Shown: positions 23,598 through 36,984, counted from the first letter of the stretch. The stretch is 64,000 nt of DNA from Octopus bimaculoides (GCF_001194135.2 NC_068991.1:26461109-26525108); one strand, 5' to 3'. Program-made: numbers and translations. Notes: a model not told the origin generated them from the sequence alone.

Positions 23598-23920
23598 GAG
23601 ACTGACACTCAGTCGTTTACTACGATGTGGGTTCCAATTCGATCAACGGAACAATCTACTCATGAAATTAACTTGCATGTAGCTGAGTACTACACACAAA
23701 CTCGTACTCTTAACATAATTCTCAGAGGATTTCAGCGTGACACTATGTTTCAAGGCTGCTCCTATGCATTGCTGGTGCTATTCATTTTTGTCAGCTGAAT
23801 GGACTCGAGCAACCTGAAATAAAATGTCTTGTCCAAATACATAACGCACCTCCGAGAATCGAACTAAGGACCTTATGATCTTGAGTCGAATACCCTAACT
23901 TGTAAGTCACGCGCCTTCAC
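23598..23920 (-). mobile_element. tRNA-derived SINE, family C (tail shared with 38442-38737)
   Basis: Head GTGAAGGCGCGTGAC...GTTAGGGTATTCGAC...GTTCGATTC; 3' part aligns with 38590-38730. Confidence 0.75.
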
Positions 23921-23994
23921 TACCATAATCGTGCGCGCCGCCCAAAAACACACATACGTACATATATATTGAATGTACGTGTGTAAAATAAATG

Positions 23995-24230
23995 CGCCCT
24001 TTTAAAGCTTAGCCGGGTTCATGTGCCCAGTTTCCCAGGGGTATGTGTTCTCAGGTGGAGAGGACGCCAGTCCATCGCAGCGTTACTCATTTTTGACTGC
24101 TGAGTGGACTGGAGCAACGTGAAATGAAGTGTTTTGCTCAAGAACACAACGTGTCGCCCGGTCCGGATTCGAAACGATAATCTTACGATCATGGTGATGA
24201 CACCCTAAGCACTAGGCCACGCGCCTCCAC
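23995..24230 (-). mobile_element. tRNA-derived SINE, family C head with alternative tail
   Basis: GTGGAGGCGCGTGGCCTAGTG head, TTCACGTTGCTCCAGTCCAC central block. Confidence 0.8.
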
Positions 24231-25160
24231 AAATAATGTGTATTTAAGTGTAAATATATATGTGTGTGTGTATGCATATATACGTATATATATACATACG
24301 TATATATATATGTATATATATATTTATCAATATGTATTTAGATATTGGTACGTATAAATATTTGCGCGAGTGTACCTGTGTAAGTGTTTGTATGTGTGTG
24401 TGCGTGTATGATCGTTATCTCTATAAAAAGAATGTGCTACATAGATATCTGCATATAATATGATGTCCAGTCTGATCATAAACCGACATCAAAGAGATGC
24501 ATGCTCTAACGCATCATCACGTACGTTACAAAGGATGAATGAATATGTGACACTAAGCTTTAATATGTATTTGTCACTTTACCTTCGTGCATCTGAAATG
24601 CCATGAATATTCAGGTATTTCTTTTTTAAAAAATTATATAGTCGTTTACACATGCAAGGGAATATTTAAACAATATTGCAGTTTTCCTATGTCACTGTTT
24701 CATATGTTCCCAAATGTTGTCATCGTTCGTATCACAGTCGAATCTCGTTTCTGTCTACATTGAAATAAATTAACTGTTTCTACATGATGTCTATTCTCAA
24801 CATATATCCTCACGAGGCTAGCTCTATGTTTATTTGCAACTAAAAAAAGACAAAACAAGAAAGACACGCCAAGAAAATTCAGAAACTATCAAAATTGCAT
24901 TCTTTACACATATAAACAATAAGAATCACACCAAATCAAAACAAAGTTTCACAGTTTCTTAAATCTATTTCGCTCTTAAAAGTTCTTCTATGCAAAAATA
25001 ATTTGGCTCAGAATGCAATTTAAAGCAGTAAATTTTTTATAAAGAAAAAAATACAAAAATATAATTCCATATTCATATCTACAGTTTTCAGTATATTTCA
25101 TGAAATAGAAGAAATTATGAATAAAATCGGTCTTATAGACAAGATGAGAAAGTAATAAAT

Positions 25161-25300
25161 AAAATATATAGAACAAAAAGTTAAAAACAAAATAAAATCT
25201 AACCAAAACATATTCCATTATGTAATAAATAAATAAAAATATATAGAACAAAAAGTTAAGGCAGAAAAAAATCTAAGCAAACCATATTCCATTATGTCAA
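25161..25300 (+). repeat. 75-bp-period tandem duplication (2 copies)
   Basis: AAAATATATAGAACAAAAAGTTAA...CATATTCCATTATGT at 25161 and 25236. Confidence 0.85.
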
Positions 25301-25589
25301 ACACTTACATAAAAATATTTTAGCTTCAGTTATGGATAAGAGACACATTTGTCATTTGGAATTATTATTTTTCATTTGCAATTGCTCAACTCCATTTTTT
25401 CTGTCTTCTAAAATGGGAAGATCTTCTCTGCTGTTGCTTTCGTTTGGCACTATTCCTTTTTATTAATGTCTCTTATTGTATGATTGCAATTATAGTGCAG
25501 ACTCATTTCCTTGTCTCTGTTTTTGTGTAGAAAAGTCTTCTTCTAATACGTCGCCTTCTTTTTTTCCATCATCAATATCGCAGTCATCT

Positions 25590-25655
25590 TTTTCTTGTTG
25601 TTGTTATTGTTGTTGTTGTTGTTGTTGTTGTTCTTCTTCTTCTTCTTCTTCTTCT

Positions 25656-25690
<35 letters not shown>

Positions 25691-25693
25691 TTC

Positions 25694-25787
<94 letters not shown>
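25590..25787. repeat. (TTG)(TTC)(TTA) compound microsatellite
   Basis: Directly visible. Confidence 0.95.
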
Positions 25788-25788
<1 letters not shown>

Positions 25789-26641
25789 GAGTGAGAGAGC
25801 AGTACATGCCATCAAAGTGTTCTAAAGTTTGTTATTATACATAGAGTATTTCACGTACGATATGGGCAGTTGACATGGGCACTATTTTCTTTGAATTTCT
25901 GCCATTTTGGGATTAGCTGGTATCTGAGCTAGGCAGCAATCAACCACATTTGCTATCATTCCTAGGGCACCTATGACAACAGGTATTGTTTTAGTCTTCA
26001 GGCTCTACATTTTACCAAATTCTATTTCAAGATCTTTATACTTGCTCAGTTTCGGGTAGGTTTTGAGAGACACATTTATGTTAATCGGAACAGCCATATC
26101 GATGAGGAGGCATGACTCTTGTCTGAAGTCTTTGATTTTTTTCTGGCCTATTCGCATCTACCTTTCTGTCAGTTTGAACGGTGAAGTTCCAGAGGAGTGA
26201 GATGTGGTCATTTTCATCATGTTCAATCACTGGAGGTGGCTTGTCGTGAGGCAGGTCCAAGTCTTTGTAAATTACCCAGTAAATATACTATGCTGCGCTA
26301 TCATGTCTGTTGAGATACTCTGTAGGTGCAAGAAATCTGTACATGGAGAAAAATGATCGATGGTTTCATTTTGTTGTTTACATACACGGCATGTTGCGCT
26401 ACTGCCCTTCTTTAATATGTTGGCCTGGTAGTTCCTTGTAGGCAGGCATTAATCTTGGGCTACTATGATGAACCCTTCTGTTTCTGACTCTCAGCCAGAA
26501 GACACTAACAATTGATTGGTAAGAGCTTTGCCAACATCGGCATTATTAGCTGTCTTTCGGTATTTGCCATTGAGAGGCGTTCTTTACCATTTATCAGTAA
26601 GAATATCTAAGGTAGCAGTTTTAGCACGTGTTTTCATACGC

Positions 26642-26645
<4 letters not shown>
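25788..26645 (-). mobile_element. R4/Dong-like LINE 3' fragment (post-RT, CCHC, REL)
   Basis: ESETEGFIIVAQD..PTRNYQANILK..CRVCKQQNETIDH..EYLNRHD..LLWNFTVQTDRKVDANRP..LIDMAVP..KLSKYKDLEIE; (AAT)n on both sides; same family as 50870-51510. Confidence 0.9.

Positions 26646-26731
<86 letters not shown>
26645..26731. repeat. (ATT)n microsatellite running into a gap
   Basis: Directly visible. Confidence 0.95.
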
Positions 26732-27364
26732 NNNNNNNNNNNNNNNNNNNNNNNNNNNNNNNNNNNNNNNNNNNNNNNNNNNNNNNNNNNNNNNNNNNNN
26801 NNNNNNNNNNNNNNNNNNNNNNNNNNNNNNNNNNNNNNNNNNNNNNNNNNNNNNNNNNNNNNNNNNNNNNNNNNNNNNNNNNNNNNNNNNNNNNNNNNNN
26901 NNNNNNNNNNNNNNNNNNNNNNNNNNNNNNNNNNNNNNNNNNNNNNNNNNNNNNNNNNNNNNNNNNNNNNNNNNNNNNNNNNNNNNNNNNNNNNNNNNNN
27001 NNNNNNNNNNNNNNNNNNNNNNNNNNNNNNNNNNNNNNNNNNNNNNNNNNNNNNNNNNNNNNNNNNNNNNNNNNNNNNNNNNNNNNNNNNNNNNNNNNNN
27101 NNNNNNNNNNNNNNNNNNNNNNNNNNNNNNNNNNNNNNNNNNNNNNNNNNNNNNNNNNNNNNNNNNNNNNNNNNNNNNNNNNNNNNNNNNNNNNNNNNNN
27201 NNNNNNNNNNNNNNNNNNNNNNNNNNNNNNNNNNNNNNNNNNNNNNNNNNNNNNNNNNNNNNNNNNNNNNNNNNNNNNNNNNTACTTTGGAGTTAAACTG
27301 TTTTTGGTTCTGTACAATCTACTTTAGCGGTATTACTTACACTGCAATTTTAGGATCGAAGGGT

Positions 27365-28340
27365 ACAGTATTATATATTCATCACGGCCGATCTTACCAA
27401 TCAGTTTTGCTCTATACAATGCATATTTTTTCCGTCCAAATGATTTTGAAGACTGCGGAATAAATGATAATCAGATAGTGCAATACCCGGCGAATTTGGT
27501 GGATGGGGCATCATTTCCCATTCAAACTGCTCCAGCCTTTGGAATGTCATCCTAGCTGTATGTGGCCGAACATTATCCGGACAGAAGAACACCTTTCATC
27601 TTGAAACCAAAGATGGTCGTGTTTCTTCTAGCACTGAATTAAGGCGCTCAAGCTGCTTGCAATAGATTTCCTTTGCTATTGTTAGGTTTGGGTATAAAGG
27701 TTCAAAGTGGAATAAACCACCAAACGGATAACAGCAGCTACTGTGAGTGAAGACCTTCTTTAGCCTGGGATGCTGAGTTTCTCCTTTCCATGTGGCCCTC
27801 CTCGGCGCTTGACATTTTTAGAGAGCCAATTTTTCATCACCAGTCACTCACTATTCGGTTAAAAATATGTAAATTCGTGAGACGTGACAACAAAGAAGAA
27901 CACATATTCACTCCCTGTGAGGGATCAGGCACGGTAAGTTTGTGAGGAACCCATTGACCCAATTTGCTGACTTTTCCGATGGCACGCAAGTGTCAATGAA
28001 TAAATTCAAGCTTCTCTGCTAGCTGCTCAACAGTTACTGTGGGATTTTCTCCCATTAGGGTTTGCTCTACAGATATTCCAGTACGAGGCTTGTCTTCTAG
28101 GCTGTATATTCCGGCTCGGAATTTCTGAAACCAGTTGGCTTACGGTAATCGTCTGATCCCGATATGCTGCATTAATATTCCTCGCACCTTCTGTTACGTT
28201 GTTGCCTTTAATGAATACATAAAGCAAAATACGCCGGATATGCTCATTTGTTGGTCCCATTATAGCTTTGGAAAAATAATTGTTAAAATCGAACTGCACT
28301 CTTCGAAACTTGCACTAAGAATAAGGACAAGGTATAATTA
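27365..28340 (-). mobile_element. mariner (Mos1-like) transposase pseudogene
   Basis: MGPTNEHIRRILLYVFIKG..ARNINAAY (HTH), WVPHKLT, PDNVRPH, HPPNSPGIALSDYHLFRSLQNHLDGK; frameshifted; TIRs not resolved. Confidence 0.88.
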
Positions 28341-30932
28341 TTACCTGCCTCTATAGCAAGTCGATGCAGGGAGTTTATCCTGACCCCGTCTTAATTTTGA
28401 AAAACAAATGCATTATTTATAGGATGAACTAATATATATATATATATATANNNNNNNNNNNNNNNNNNNNNNNNNNNNNNNNNNNNNNNNNNNNNNNNNN
28501 NNNNNNNNNNNNNNNNNNNNNNNNNNNNNNNNNNNNNNNNNNNNNNNNNNNNNNNNNNNNNNNNNNNNNNNNNNNNNNNNNNNNNNNNNNNNNNNNNNNN
28601 NNNNNNNNNNNNNNNNNNNNNNNNNNNNNNNNNNNNNNNNNNNNNNNNNNNNNNNNNNNNNNNNNNNNNNNNNNNNNNNNNNNNNNNNNNNNNNNNNNNN
28701 NNNNNNNNNNNNNNNNNNNNNNNNNNNNNNNNNNNNNNNNNNNNNNNNNNNNNNNNNNNNNNNNNNNNNNNNNNNNNNNNNNNNNNNNNNNNNNNNNNNN
28801 NNNNNNNNNNNNNNNNNNNNNNNNNNNNNNNNNNNNNNNNNNNNNNNNNNNNNNNNNNNNNNNNNNNNNNNNNNNNNNNNNNNNNNNNNNNNNNNNNNNN
28901 NNNNNNNNNNNNNNNNNNNNNNNNNNNNNNNNNNNNNNNNNNNNNNNNNNNNNNNNNNNNNNNNNNNNNNNNNNNNNNNNNNNNNNNNNNNNNNNNNNNN
29001 NNNNNNNNNNNNNNNNNNNNNNNNNNNNNNNNNNNNNNNNNNNNNNNNNNNNNNNNNNNNNNNNNNNNNNNNNNNNNNNNNNNNNNNNNNNNNNNNNNNN
29101 NNNNNNNNNNNNNNNNNNNNNNNNNNNNNNNNNNNNNNNNNNNNNNNNNNNNNNNNNNNNNNNNNNNNNNNAGATTTTAAGTAAAATTATTCTAATGTGT
29201 CCATGTGTTTTAATTTAATTAAATTCTGTCTTTGTGCAGCTGAGGATTGCTCTGCATTTAAACTGATGTAATGGTTGCATTGTTCAATTAAATGGAGTTG
29301 CGTGAAACGATCGTACTGCATAACCTCTGAATATCCTTTTTGCTTATTTTGATTTTAATCAATTTATTTTGAAATTGTATGGCTAATACTGTACTAAATT
29401 CTCGTACCTCAACTTAATGTCAGAATAGCATTTTACAGAAAAAATAATGTCTTAAATACGCATAATGAAGTTGAATTTTATTTATGGTGGACTGTATAAA
29501 GTTAATAAAGCCATTAAATGGTTAAGTAGTTTTTGAAGTCTCACGTTCATGCTGGTAAACACGGCCGGGGCCATATTTTACATTGCTTAGAGTTTCCACC
29601 TATCGCAATGGAGCACATATCTAATTTCTCCTTCGCAGTAAATGATTCATAAGTTCTACTCATACTGACAATAACAGTAATGACAATTTTTTAAGTTTGC
29701 TTGACATTTTATAGCTGTGAAAGTGATTCAAATTTCGATACACCGTATCAAACATTCTGACTAGAGTAAGCGGAAAAGAATTCTGCTTACATAATCAGTT
29801 TGGTCGGTCAACTTCCACTGTCGGTAAAGTCAAGTGTCATCAAAGCTGATGTTTATTGGTAATTAAACTTAATTTGCAATACCTGTGCCTATTTATCAGC
29901 TTTGTTTTTGTTGGTAATTCTTATCAATAACTTTTCCTGTGATCCTGATTTCAGTAAGCTAAATATCGGACATAATCTATTGTGAGCAAGAAATGTAAAA
30001 TAAAGTTCATGATACACAACACAAACACTTTGTAATTCAATAGCTTTCAATGTGATACCTGTTAAACAGAAATAATTTTTATTTAATTAAAATTTAATGA
30101 AATGTAATCATAAATAAGTGAAATTATGCTAAATACATCTAAATTGAAAACCTTTTTCCTTTGGCTATATCGGTAATTCTGAAAATTTTAGGTGTGAATT
30201 TTACATGAGTCGAAGCTTTTTTTAAAAAATAAATTTTATTCTGTAAATCACCTGCGTCAATTACACAGATGCGCAAATTACATGGGTTTTTACATATGTA
30301 TATATGTAGGTACGAACCTAGGTGTGTTTGTAGAGAGAGGATGAAGTGTTTCACAAGTGTACTTCTCTCGTGGAAGTTAGAGACCACATTATAAAATCTA
30401 CGTCTGTGGGGGTTCAATTTTAGTTTACTGGAATTAATCAATGTTCACATTATATTATGTATACTTATTTCAGTAATATCTAACGGAACCTCTTGTTGCA
30501 AGATTATGAAACTTTCCCTCCAAATCCCCTGTATTTATATAAATGAGAATTTATACTAGTTTTCCTCGTATTAAATTGTCTTCTGTTATGCGGAAGTAAT
30601 TTAGTACGCAGTTTGTATATTACGCTACCAGGCTGGCGATTCGAATTCGTTTCGAGAGTGACACTAGCGTATGGTGTTGATGAGCTAAATTGACAGAAAA
30701 ATATTGATATTCACCGTTCTCCTTCACTTTTCGGGCGAATATTTCCCTTTAGTTTTGTAGTATTCAGTGTTGTTTTTTTTTGTTGTTTTTTTTGTTTTTG
30801 TTGACATTCAAGGCATTTCTCGGTCCGAATTACCACAGTCTCCTGTTATATAGTAGTTTCACTTTAATCTAGTTCCTACATTTACATTTTTTGATGTATT
30901 TGATCTAGTTGCTTTATTTATATTTTTTGATG

Positions 30933-31131
30933 GTGCAAGTGTGGCTGTGTGCTATGAAGCTTGCTTCCCAACCACATGACTCTGGGTTCAATCTCACTCT
31001 GTGGAACCTTGGGCAAGTGTCTCCTAGTATATCCTCGGGCCGACCAAAGCCTTGTGAGTGGATAGATGGAAACTGAAAGAAGCCCGTCCTATATATATAT
31101 ATATATACATACACACACACACACACACACC

Positions 31132-31168
<37 letters not shown>

Positions 31169-31178
31169 NNNNNNNNNN

Positions 31179-31219
<41 letters not shown>

Positions 31220-31470
31220 CATATATGTATTTTTGTGTAAATGTGTGCCTTTGTGTCTGTGTTAGTCCCCTAGCATTGCTTGACAACCGATTTTGGTGAG
31301 TTTACATCTTAGGGGTTCGGCAAAAGAGAACAATAGAATTATTACTAGGCTTACAAAAAATAAGTCCTTGGGTCGATTTCGTCGACTGATTCCATTTAAG
31401 GCGGTGCTCCAGCATGGCTGCAGTCAAATGACCGAATCAATTACAAACGTATAAATAAGAACAAAGAATA
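30933..31470 (+). mobile_element. tRNA-derived CORE-like SINE, family B, with internal microsatellite
   Basis: GTGGCTGTGT..GGGTTCAATC head, CCTTGGGCAAGTGTC block, internal (TA)(CA), tail GCGGTGCTCCAGCATGGCTGCAGTCAAATGAC. Confidence 0.88.
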
Positions 31471-33339
31471 TAATACAATTCATTTGACAGTTGGTGTGTA
31501 TAATCGTTAGAATATCGGTCTTTAAGTATTTACATTTAGCTCTTCACTTTCTGACAGGAAAAAACACTGAGATCATCATTGCATTTCATCACTGAAATGG
31601 CAACAGACTAATAAATCTTCTTAAGTAGGAGAATATTTCTAAGAACTCCACAGAAACTTAAGCAAACACTGGCCGCATGAGAGCATTCAGGTGACATTTA
31701 GCATAAATTTCAAAACTGTTATAAAGAATTGATTAGGTATATTAACAAGAGCTGCAACTGTGAATGTTCGTACAAAATGTGTTTTAATGACTGTTTAAGA
31801 ATGTAAAAAGTGTAGAGAAAATATCTTGTATTAAGCAAAAAGGATTATTGATATATCAGTAACTTTGTATTGATTTAATTATAGTCTTTATTCGCATTAT
31901 TGTTAATTATGTAATTTGGAAGATAACAGCAGTAAATCTCGAATTTAATAGCGGTATATAAAAAAAATGCTTAGTAGGTACACTTTATTTCATATAAACC
32001 TTCATATATATTCGAGGAAATGCTATCTGATAAACTGTTTCGACACATTATTAAAATTCTCTCCTGTAGATTATACCGTGGAAACTCGTTAACTCAATGA
32101 ATATAATGATTTTGAAATTTTAACACCTGTATATATGTTATCGCATTGAATATAAAATATCTGTGAATAGTTTGTTTTGAAAATACAAATACATTATTGC
32201 GCTTTAAATTCAATAAAACCATACACATTGTTTGAAGTGGTTTTTATGTTTAAATATTTTTAAAATATTGTCTTTTTTTATTGCAGCAGATATGAATATA
32301 CATAACGTCATTTGTTTCAGATCGAAAATATAATTAATCCATTATAACTTAGCAGAAGAATTTTGCATGTAATCTAACAATTACGCAACAAATAAGTGTC
32401 TTATGAAATGTGTCTTACGAAAATGAACTGTAAGTCCCCATCTATAGAGATGCACTAATAAAGATAAGTACATATTTATTGTTGAAGAGTAGGCTACGAA
32501 GTTCTTCATAATAATTGAATTTGAGAAAGACAAAATACTGATAAACGCATTACATATGCTAGCGCAATTATGTAAGAATTTCACCGCAAAAGTATAACAA
32601 AGAAATAACGTCATACTTCCTTGTTAATACAAAATGTAAAATAAGTTATAATCTTCTCGATAGCAAAGCTATAAAATAACGATTTTATAAACAATTGTAT
32701 TAATCGATGCAGAATTTGGAGAGAAAAAACAGAATCAAAGTTTCTAATATGCATGTCCTTTGTGTACCCGTAATACTAGCCAAGTTAGATAAGCAGTGAA
32801 TCAATGGAAAGAAACTAATATTACAAATACAATGAAATATTGGGTCATTTACAGTGAAGTTATTAAATTATTCAAGTCAATGATGTTTTGTCACTATCAA
32901 AAAGTATACTGTGCGATTTTACGTTCCGGAATTATCTTTAGAAAGCCGATAATAGCTCCTTAATTATGGCAGTAGAAATAATGTGCTCTGAAACGAGTCG
33001 TAATATTACGAAAGAAAATATGTAAATGCACATCAATAAATCGTTAACACACAATGTTTGTATCATTTAAGGGATATATATTGCTGTCGATAAAATATAT
33101 CTAATATAGGGTGGTGTTACTTTTCAGAGTAAATCTTTTTCAATATTTTGTAAAGAAAATGTCTTAAGTGCCATTTTAAAATTAATATTAAATCCGCCTA
33201 TTTCCTATTAATAAGTATAATATAACGTAATATCTTTGAATTTTAAAGTTTTACTTTGGTTACTAGTAAGTGCTAAATGTCAGAGAAATATTATCACTTA
33301 TATTTAAATGAGGTAGTTGTTGTAAGCATTGTGTGGTAT

Positions 33340-33632
33340 AACTTAAACGAATGTAGTTGTGTAAACCCGAAACGATGCGAAAGGGTAATCTCCAAAATAA
33401 AAAGAAGACAGAAGTTGCAGTTTTACCTTGTATTTCTATATTTCGGGTGAAAACCCCCTTATTCAGGACATTTTTTCCACCCACCACTTTCCCGAATGTC
33501 CTGAAGAAGGGGTCACCCGAAATATAGAAATACAATGTAAAACTGCGTCTTTATTCTGTTTTCTTCTCCCTTTCTAGCTTCCTTTGTACTTTCTCGAATT
33601 ATTCCGGCTTTACACAACTATACACTTTAAAT
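33340..33632. mobile_element. foldback element with hammerhead-like cores in both arms (putative head-to-head PLE tails)
   Basis: Core IR 33417-33472 / 33495-33546, outer match TAGTTGTGTAAA; CTGAAGAAGGGGTCACCCGAAA at 33501; 33544-33577 aligns 27/36 with PLE tail 6645-6680. Confidence 0.6.
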
Positions 33633-34619
33633 TACGCCTCACATATAGACCTGTTTGAATCTACGTCTTCTGAAGTACTTGCAAAATCGCTACTAAAGGG
33701 ATGAGATTCATGGTAATATGTATGTGTGGCAAAGACATTCATTTTTCCGCGTTTTAGAGTTATAACATTACAAGTATCAGTACATGAAGAGGTATTAGTG
33801 AAACGATTTAGATGATTTATTTAATCCGTACATGGTTGAAAGCGGTGTAGGCGTGGTATCAGTAACTCCATTCGTTATGTTCTAATCCGCAACTAAACGA
33901 AAGAAGCTGAACTTGCAATTTGTGCAATAATCATGATGCAAGAAAATCGTTGTTCACTTCAGTATATTCGTTTAAGTGGTATTTGCAGAAGTACTGACTG
34001 AGATAAGCGCCTAGATTCCTGAAAAACTCTTTATTTGACNNNNNNNNNNNNNNNNNNNNNNNNNNNNNNNNNNNNNNNNNNNNNNNNNNNNNNNNNNNNN
34101 NNNNNNNNNNNNNNNNNNNNNNNNNNNNNNNNNNNNNNNNNNNNNNNNNNNNNNNNNNNNNNNNNNNNNNNNNNNNNNNNNNNNNNNNNNNNNNNNNNNN
34201 NNNNNNNNNNNNNNNNNNNNNNNNAAAACAAGGACGGGTCATTTGGAGTTTTCTTTCCCAAGTCGAGTTCCAGATTATCTTTGCAATTTCGGCTGCTTTT
34301 ACTCGAGATTGCTGAAATCTGGCCAGCCCCAAGGAAAAACTAAGCTAAGAGCATTAGATTCCTTGGAAGAAAGTAGTGAATGTTTACGAAAAAAACGGAG
34401 ACTGTTACACAAATACAAATAACAGGACATAACAACAGGTGTCTTTCGACTAAGGACGAATTAAGTTAAGGTTGCGTGGGGAAATAAAGCCTTACCGCAG
34501 GGATACAAGATTTTACACGCACAGCGAGGAATATAGATGTTGCACGGAGACGTCTAGATGCGTGTATGTGTATTGTGCCATTCAAGACACATTATATTTT
34601 ACAAACAATAGACAATGCT

Positions 34620-36096
34620 TCGAACGATCTATAATACTCAGAACAAAGGAAACAAAAGTGTGATTATCATCGTGGGATATCACTTCTGTCTTTTTCTGGT
34701 AAAATTCTTGCTCGACTCGTTCTTGGCAGCATCATAAAACACGTTTTAAATGACATTTATCCAGAATCACAGTGTCGATTTCGCTCAGATCGTTGCACTA
34801 ACGACATGATCTTTTCCCTTCGTCGGTTTTTCATGGTGTTCCTTGGCATTATTAAGACACTGTTAACTGGCAAACATTTTGGAAAGTTCTCAAAAAGCTT
34901 GGTGTATCTGTCATGCTGAATGTTATCATCTCCTTTCATGGAGGAGTGTAGGCAGGTGTCGTGCCTGGGGGGGGGGGATCGTCGGTTCCTTCGATGTTAC
35001 CAGCAGCACAAAGCAAGGTTGTGTTATGGCGCCTGTTTTGCTTGCACTCTCCTTTTCAGTGATGTGAGGTATGCTTTTGGTGAAATACAAAGTAGAGTCA
35101 AATTCCAGTTTCGAACGAATGGTGGACAATTCAATAATCAGTATTTCAAAGCCAAAAACTGCTAGACATCAGTATCATCTTTGACTTGCTTTTTGCAGAT
35201 GATGCTGGACTAGTAATAATCTCCTTAGAGGAACCTCAGCAACTTCTATACCGGTTTCCTGCAGCATGTAAAACCTTTAACTTAACCATCAGCATAAAAA
35301 CGACAGACGTAATCCACCAACCTTGCCCTATTTCTAAGCAATTTCAAAGTGCCAAGCTGAGGCAACCGGTTCACATTTTCCCTCACACTCCTATACATAT
35401 TGATGGGAAAAGCCTAACGTATGTCAAGTCATTTACATATCTTGGTAGTAAAGTAAACTTGAGAGCTTCCCTTGTCGATAAAATCGTGAACCGTCTTGCA
35501 AAAGCAACCAACTCATTTGGTAAACTCCCTCATCGCCTACGGAATGAAAGGGACTCAAAAAAATTGTCACCAAAGTACATGTCTATAAAGCCGCTAATCT
35601 CTTGTATGGTTCAGAATCCCGGATACTCTATAGATGTCACATTAACCAACTACACAGTTTCCATAATGGCTAACTCAGGACAATCTCAACTTCGTCACTA
35701 AGAGACAGAGATTCTAGTGCCGACCTGTTTAGCAAGTGTAAGATTGGTGGAATCGAAAGCTTCCTTATGCAGTCGCAATTGCACTGGGTTGGCCATGTCA
35801 TCAGAATGAGTGACGAAAGAATACACGAAGCCCTCATACACAGCCAGCTTGATAGTGGGTGCAGGAATGTTGCTCGACCACAATATAAGGACAAGCTGAA
35901 GGCTAAACTCTCGGCAGTCAATACAGCTCACAATACCTTTGAGTATGCAGCCTTGGAGCGAACAAAATGGAGTTTGTTGTGTCAAAATAGTATAGCAAAC
36001 TTTGTTGCAACCAGCATTAACAGGCTTAGGGGTGTAAGGCAAAGGAGGAAGGCGTCGTCATACTTGCAGCAACTGTGAGCATTTTTGCAAAACGTT

Positions 36097-36097
<1 letters not shown>
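34620..36097 (+). mobile_element. RTE-clade LINE, 5'-truncated and decayed
   Basis: HRGISLLSFSGKILAR, YPESQCRFR, KQGCVMAP, LFADDA, YLGS, QLHWVGHVIRMSD..; ends in CSNCEHFCKT then (CA)n. Confidence 0.92.
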
Positions 36098-36139
<42 letters not shown>

Positions 36140-36318
36140 GTATATAGTAATACTAATAACAATAATCCTCGAAAGGAATTTATGAATATTTTAATGCACC
36201 ACATTACTGGTTCACCACTCAGCATCATTAGACTGTGGCCGCCATAATGAAATAAGAGCTTTATTTGCATATTCAAAATGTTTCTCGTAAACAAATTTCA
36301 TATATATATACATATATA

Positions 36319-36576
36319 TATATAAATATATAATTTAGAGAAAAGAACCACAATTCTTTAACTCATCCATGACAATCCTCATTCACATATAGACAAATTT
36401 AATGATTAAATCCATTAAAATTATTTTATTATTTTATTATTTTAATATTTATTACCTTGTATTTTTATTATAGATATTTTTAGTGTGTTTACTTATAAAC
36501 TTTTTCTATATGTGACAGTGGATTTTCATGTATGAGTTCAAGAATTCTGGTTCTCTCTAAATTATATATTTATATA
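36319..36576. mobile_element. foldback element, ~80-bp arms, inserted in (TA)n
   Basis: 36319-36400 is the reverse complement of 36497-36576 with few differences; terminus TATAATTTAGAG..AACCAC resembles the PLE terminus at 3204. Confidence 0.75.
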
Positions 36577-36689
36577 TTATATATTGTTATTGGATTAGCA
36601 AAATAATTATGAGAAAGGAACCAAGGGATAAGACCCGCTTTTCCGGGAATTACCGGGTACGTCAGCTAGTTGCTTATATGGGAGCGGTT

Positions 36690-36984
36690 TTCATTTTAAC
36701 TCAAGTTGCTCGTGTATGCGAGTAAAAGAAATAGGGACGTTACCTTCTCGAGTTATGTAGACACATAAGGTCCGGTTTCTCTGTTTCATGGCGTATATAT
36801 TTTCAACCTGAACGGGACGCCGGTCCGTCGTAGGATTACTGATTTTTGCCAGTTGGGTGGACTGGAGCAACGTGAAATGCAAAATTTTACTCATGCACAC
36901 AACGAAACTCCCAGTTCAGGAATCGGAACCACAATCTTACAATCATGAGTCTAACGCCCTAACCTGTAAGCCACGCGCCTCCAC
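36690..36984 (-). mobile_element. tRNA-derived SINE, family C head with alternative tail
   Basis: GTGGAGGCGCGTGGC head, TTCACGTTGCTCCAGTCCAC block, tail similar to 23995-24230. Confidence 0.8.
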
